Shown: piece by piece, positions 62,163-64,000 of the stretch
How positions within the stretch are numbered: position 1 is the stretch's first letter
Layout: every line of letters begins with the position of its first letter
Source: Octopus sinensis
Taxonomy: Eukaryota
Assembly (NCBI RefSeq): GCF_006345805.1
Contig: NC_043019.1
Span: 25,109,360-25,173,359, forward strand
DNA length: 64,000 nt
Reading direction: 5' to 3'
Program-made: the position numbers and the translations under genes
The notes under the pieces: model-generated
What the model saw: only the letters and a program-made list of their open reading frames with translations
Databases searched by the model: none
What the model was told of the DNA's origin: nothing

Positions 62163-63190
62163 TACTCTTTTTACTCTTTTACTTGTTTCAGTCATTTGAC
62201 TGCGGCCATGCTGGAGCACCGCCTTTAGTCGAGCAAATCGACGCCGGGACTTATTCTTTGTAAGCCCAGTACTTATTCTATCAGTCTCTTTTGCTGAACC
62301 ACTAAGTGACGGGGACATAAACACACCAGCATCGGTTGTCAAGCGATGTTGGGGGGACAAACACAGACACACAAACACATACATATATATACATATATAC
62401 GACAGGCTTCTTTCAGTTTCCATCTACCAAATCCACTCACAAGATATATATATGCATACACACACACACACATACACATATATATATGTTGTTTCAGTTT
62501 TTAGACTGTGGCCATCCTGGGGTACAGCCTAGAAGAATTTTAGTCAAACAAATTAACCCCACTACTTATTTTTTTAAAGCCTGTTATTTACTCTATCAAT
62601 CTCTTTTGCCAAACAGCTAAGTTATGGGAATGTAAACACACCAACACCAGTTGTCAAGCAGTGGATGGGGGCAAACACGGATGCAAAAACACACACACAC
62701 AAACAAATGAACTAAAGGGGTATGATACACACACACACTCTTTTACTTGTTTCAGTCATTTGACCGTGGCCATGCTAGGGCACCATCTTTAGTCGAGAAA
62801 ATTGACCCCAAGACTTATTCTTTGTAAGCCTAGTACTTATTCTATTGGTCTCTTTTCTGCCGAACCGCTAAGTTATGGGGATGTAAACACACCAGCATCA
62901 GTTGTCAAGCGATGTTGGGAGGACAAACACAGACACACACATACCGTTTCGAGCGGAGCTCTTCATCAGAAACATAGGAGAAGGGAAGACAGAGAAAAAA
63001 AATCGCCAACGGTACACACGCAGTCACATTTCGAATCATACATACATACATGATGACGTCTTTCAGTTTCTGTATACCAAATCCACTCACAAGGCTTTGG
63101 TTGGGCAGGGGTTAGAGTGGAAGATACTTGCTCAAGGCACCATGTGGTAGGGAATCAAACTTCTTACCACACCACCATTCTTGTGCCTAT
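62163..63190 (-). mobile_element. Three adjacent family 2 SINE copies or fragments
   Basis: Tails at ~62,163, ~62,485 and ~62,738; the third is interrupted at ~62,942-63,036. Confidence 0.75.
62942..62976 (-). ncRNA. Minimal hammerhead ribozyme motif lacking the 3' strand of stem I
   Basis: Minus strand UAUGUUU-CUGAUGA-A-GAGC UCC GCUC-GAA-AC G GU-A; host SINE sequence follows the GUA triplet. Confidence 0.65.
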
Positions 63191-63518
63191 AACACATGGC
63201 TGTGATGTTAAGATGATGAATCCTTTGTAGTTCCAAGCAAGTGTTTTCTATGGTACCTTGTGAATGGATTAGTCAGATGAGCACTAAAAGAACCATTATG
63301 TTGATATTCATAAACATATATATGCATGTGTATTTCCTATTTTGAGAATGTGTTTGTTTGTACACATTGCCTTCATGAAGTGCATCTGGGGATTGCATTT
63401 ATAGGATGACATTCTGTGCTAATGAATACTGAACCATAGCAAATGAACTAAAGGGGTACCATGTCCAAACCCATGTCTTTTTTTTCCTTCTCATTTTTGA
63501 TGTGCTTTTATCTTATAG

Positions 63519-63617
63519 ACAGCATCAGCCTGCGCAGGACCCCGGGTGAATATGAGATTTAACAATAAGAGCTGAAACCTGGGCAGAACAATTGTTACCT
63601 GCTGAGGGCATCCAGTC
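63519..63617 (+). other. Putative non-coding (5' UTR) exon
   Basis: Long pyrimidine tract plus TAG acceptor; donor TC|GTATGT; stops in all three frames. Confidence 0.3.
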
Positions 63618-63626
63618 GTATGTGTT

Positions 63627-63826
63627 TGAGCTGGCAGAAACGGTAGCAGTATTTTGTCTGCCGTTACGTCCTGAGTTCGAATTTCGCCAAGGTTGACTTT
63701 GCCTTTCATCCTTTTGGGGTCGATTAAAACAAGTACCTGTTAATCACTGGGGTCGATGTAATCGACTTAATCCCCTTGTCTGTCCTTGTTTGTCCCCTCT
63801 ACGTTTAGCTCCCTGTGGGCAATAAA
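63627..63826 (+). mobile_element. Family 1 SINE
   Basis: GAGCTGGCAGAAACG..GAGTTCGAATTTCGCC..GCCTTTCATCCTTTTGGGGTCGAT..GGGCAATAAA. Confidence 0.75.
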
Positions 63827-64000
63827 TATATATATATATGAGGGATGCTGAGAAGTTCCTGGCTTCGGGTAAAAGAAAATACAAGAGGACCATCATCATC
63901 ATCGTTTAACGTCCGTTTTCCGTGCTAGCATGGGTTGGACGGTTTGACCGGGGATCTGGGAAGCCAGAAGGCTGCACCAGGCTCCGTGAGTGTAGTGGGT

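Overview
This is eukaryotic, AT-rich DNA dense in microsatellites and SINEs. The repeat families look like those of an octopus or related coleoid cephalopod (inference). Bases ~490-27,215 (+) hold 20 canonical GT-AG exons (2,484 nt, 827 codons plus stop) of a puromycin-sensitive aminopeptidase (NPEPPS-like, M1 family) with intact GAMEN and HELAH-x18-E motifs; its 5' end lies upstream of the window. The rest is mostly transposon-derived: two TTAA-flanked piggyBac-type MITE families, several tRNA-type SINE families, a 5'-truncated RTE-type LINE with a PHD-like finger inside its RT, and remnants of mariner, DD37D/maT, R4/Dong, hAT, Tc2/pogo and Helentron-like elements. A non-coding 5' end of another gene may begin near 58.2 kb. 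The main unannotated signal is a set of short non-coding insertions in TA-rich microsatellites that carry type I hammerhead ribozyme motifs. One is a complete hammerhead inside a 457-nt monomer with 42 nt of terminal redundancy (34,482-34,980), the layout expected from a reverse-transcribed circular RNA (retrozyme-like). A second is a minimal hammerhead ending at its predicted cleavage site (62,942-62,976). A third is a hammerhead core in the loop of a ~170-bp intronic foldback (9,919-10,295). A 2.3-mer tandem element (51.4-53.2 kb) has similar architecture but no recognisable ribozyme. All coordinates were read by eye. Most ORFs in the supplied track are microsatellite artefacts.
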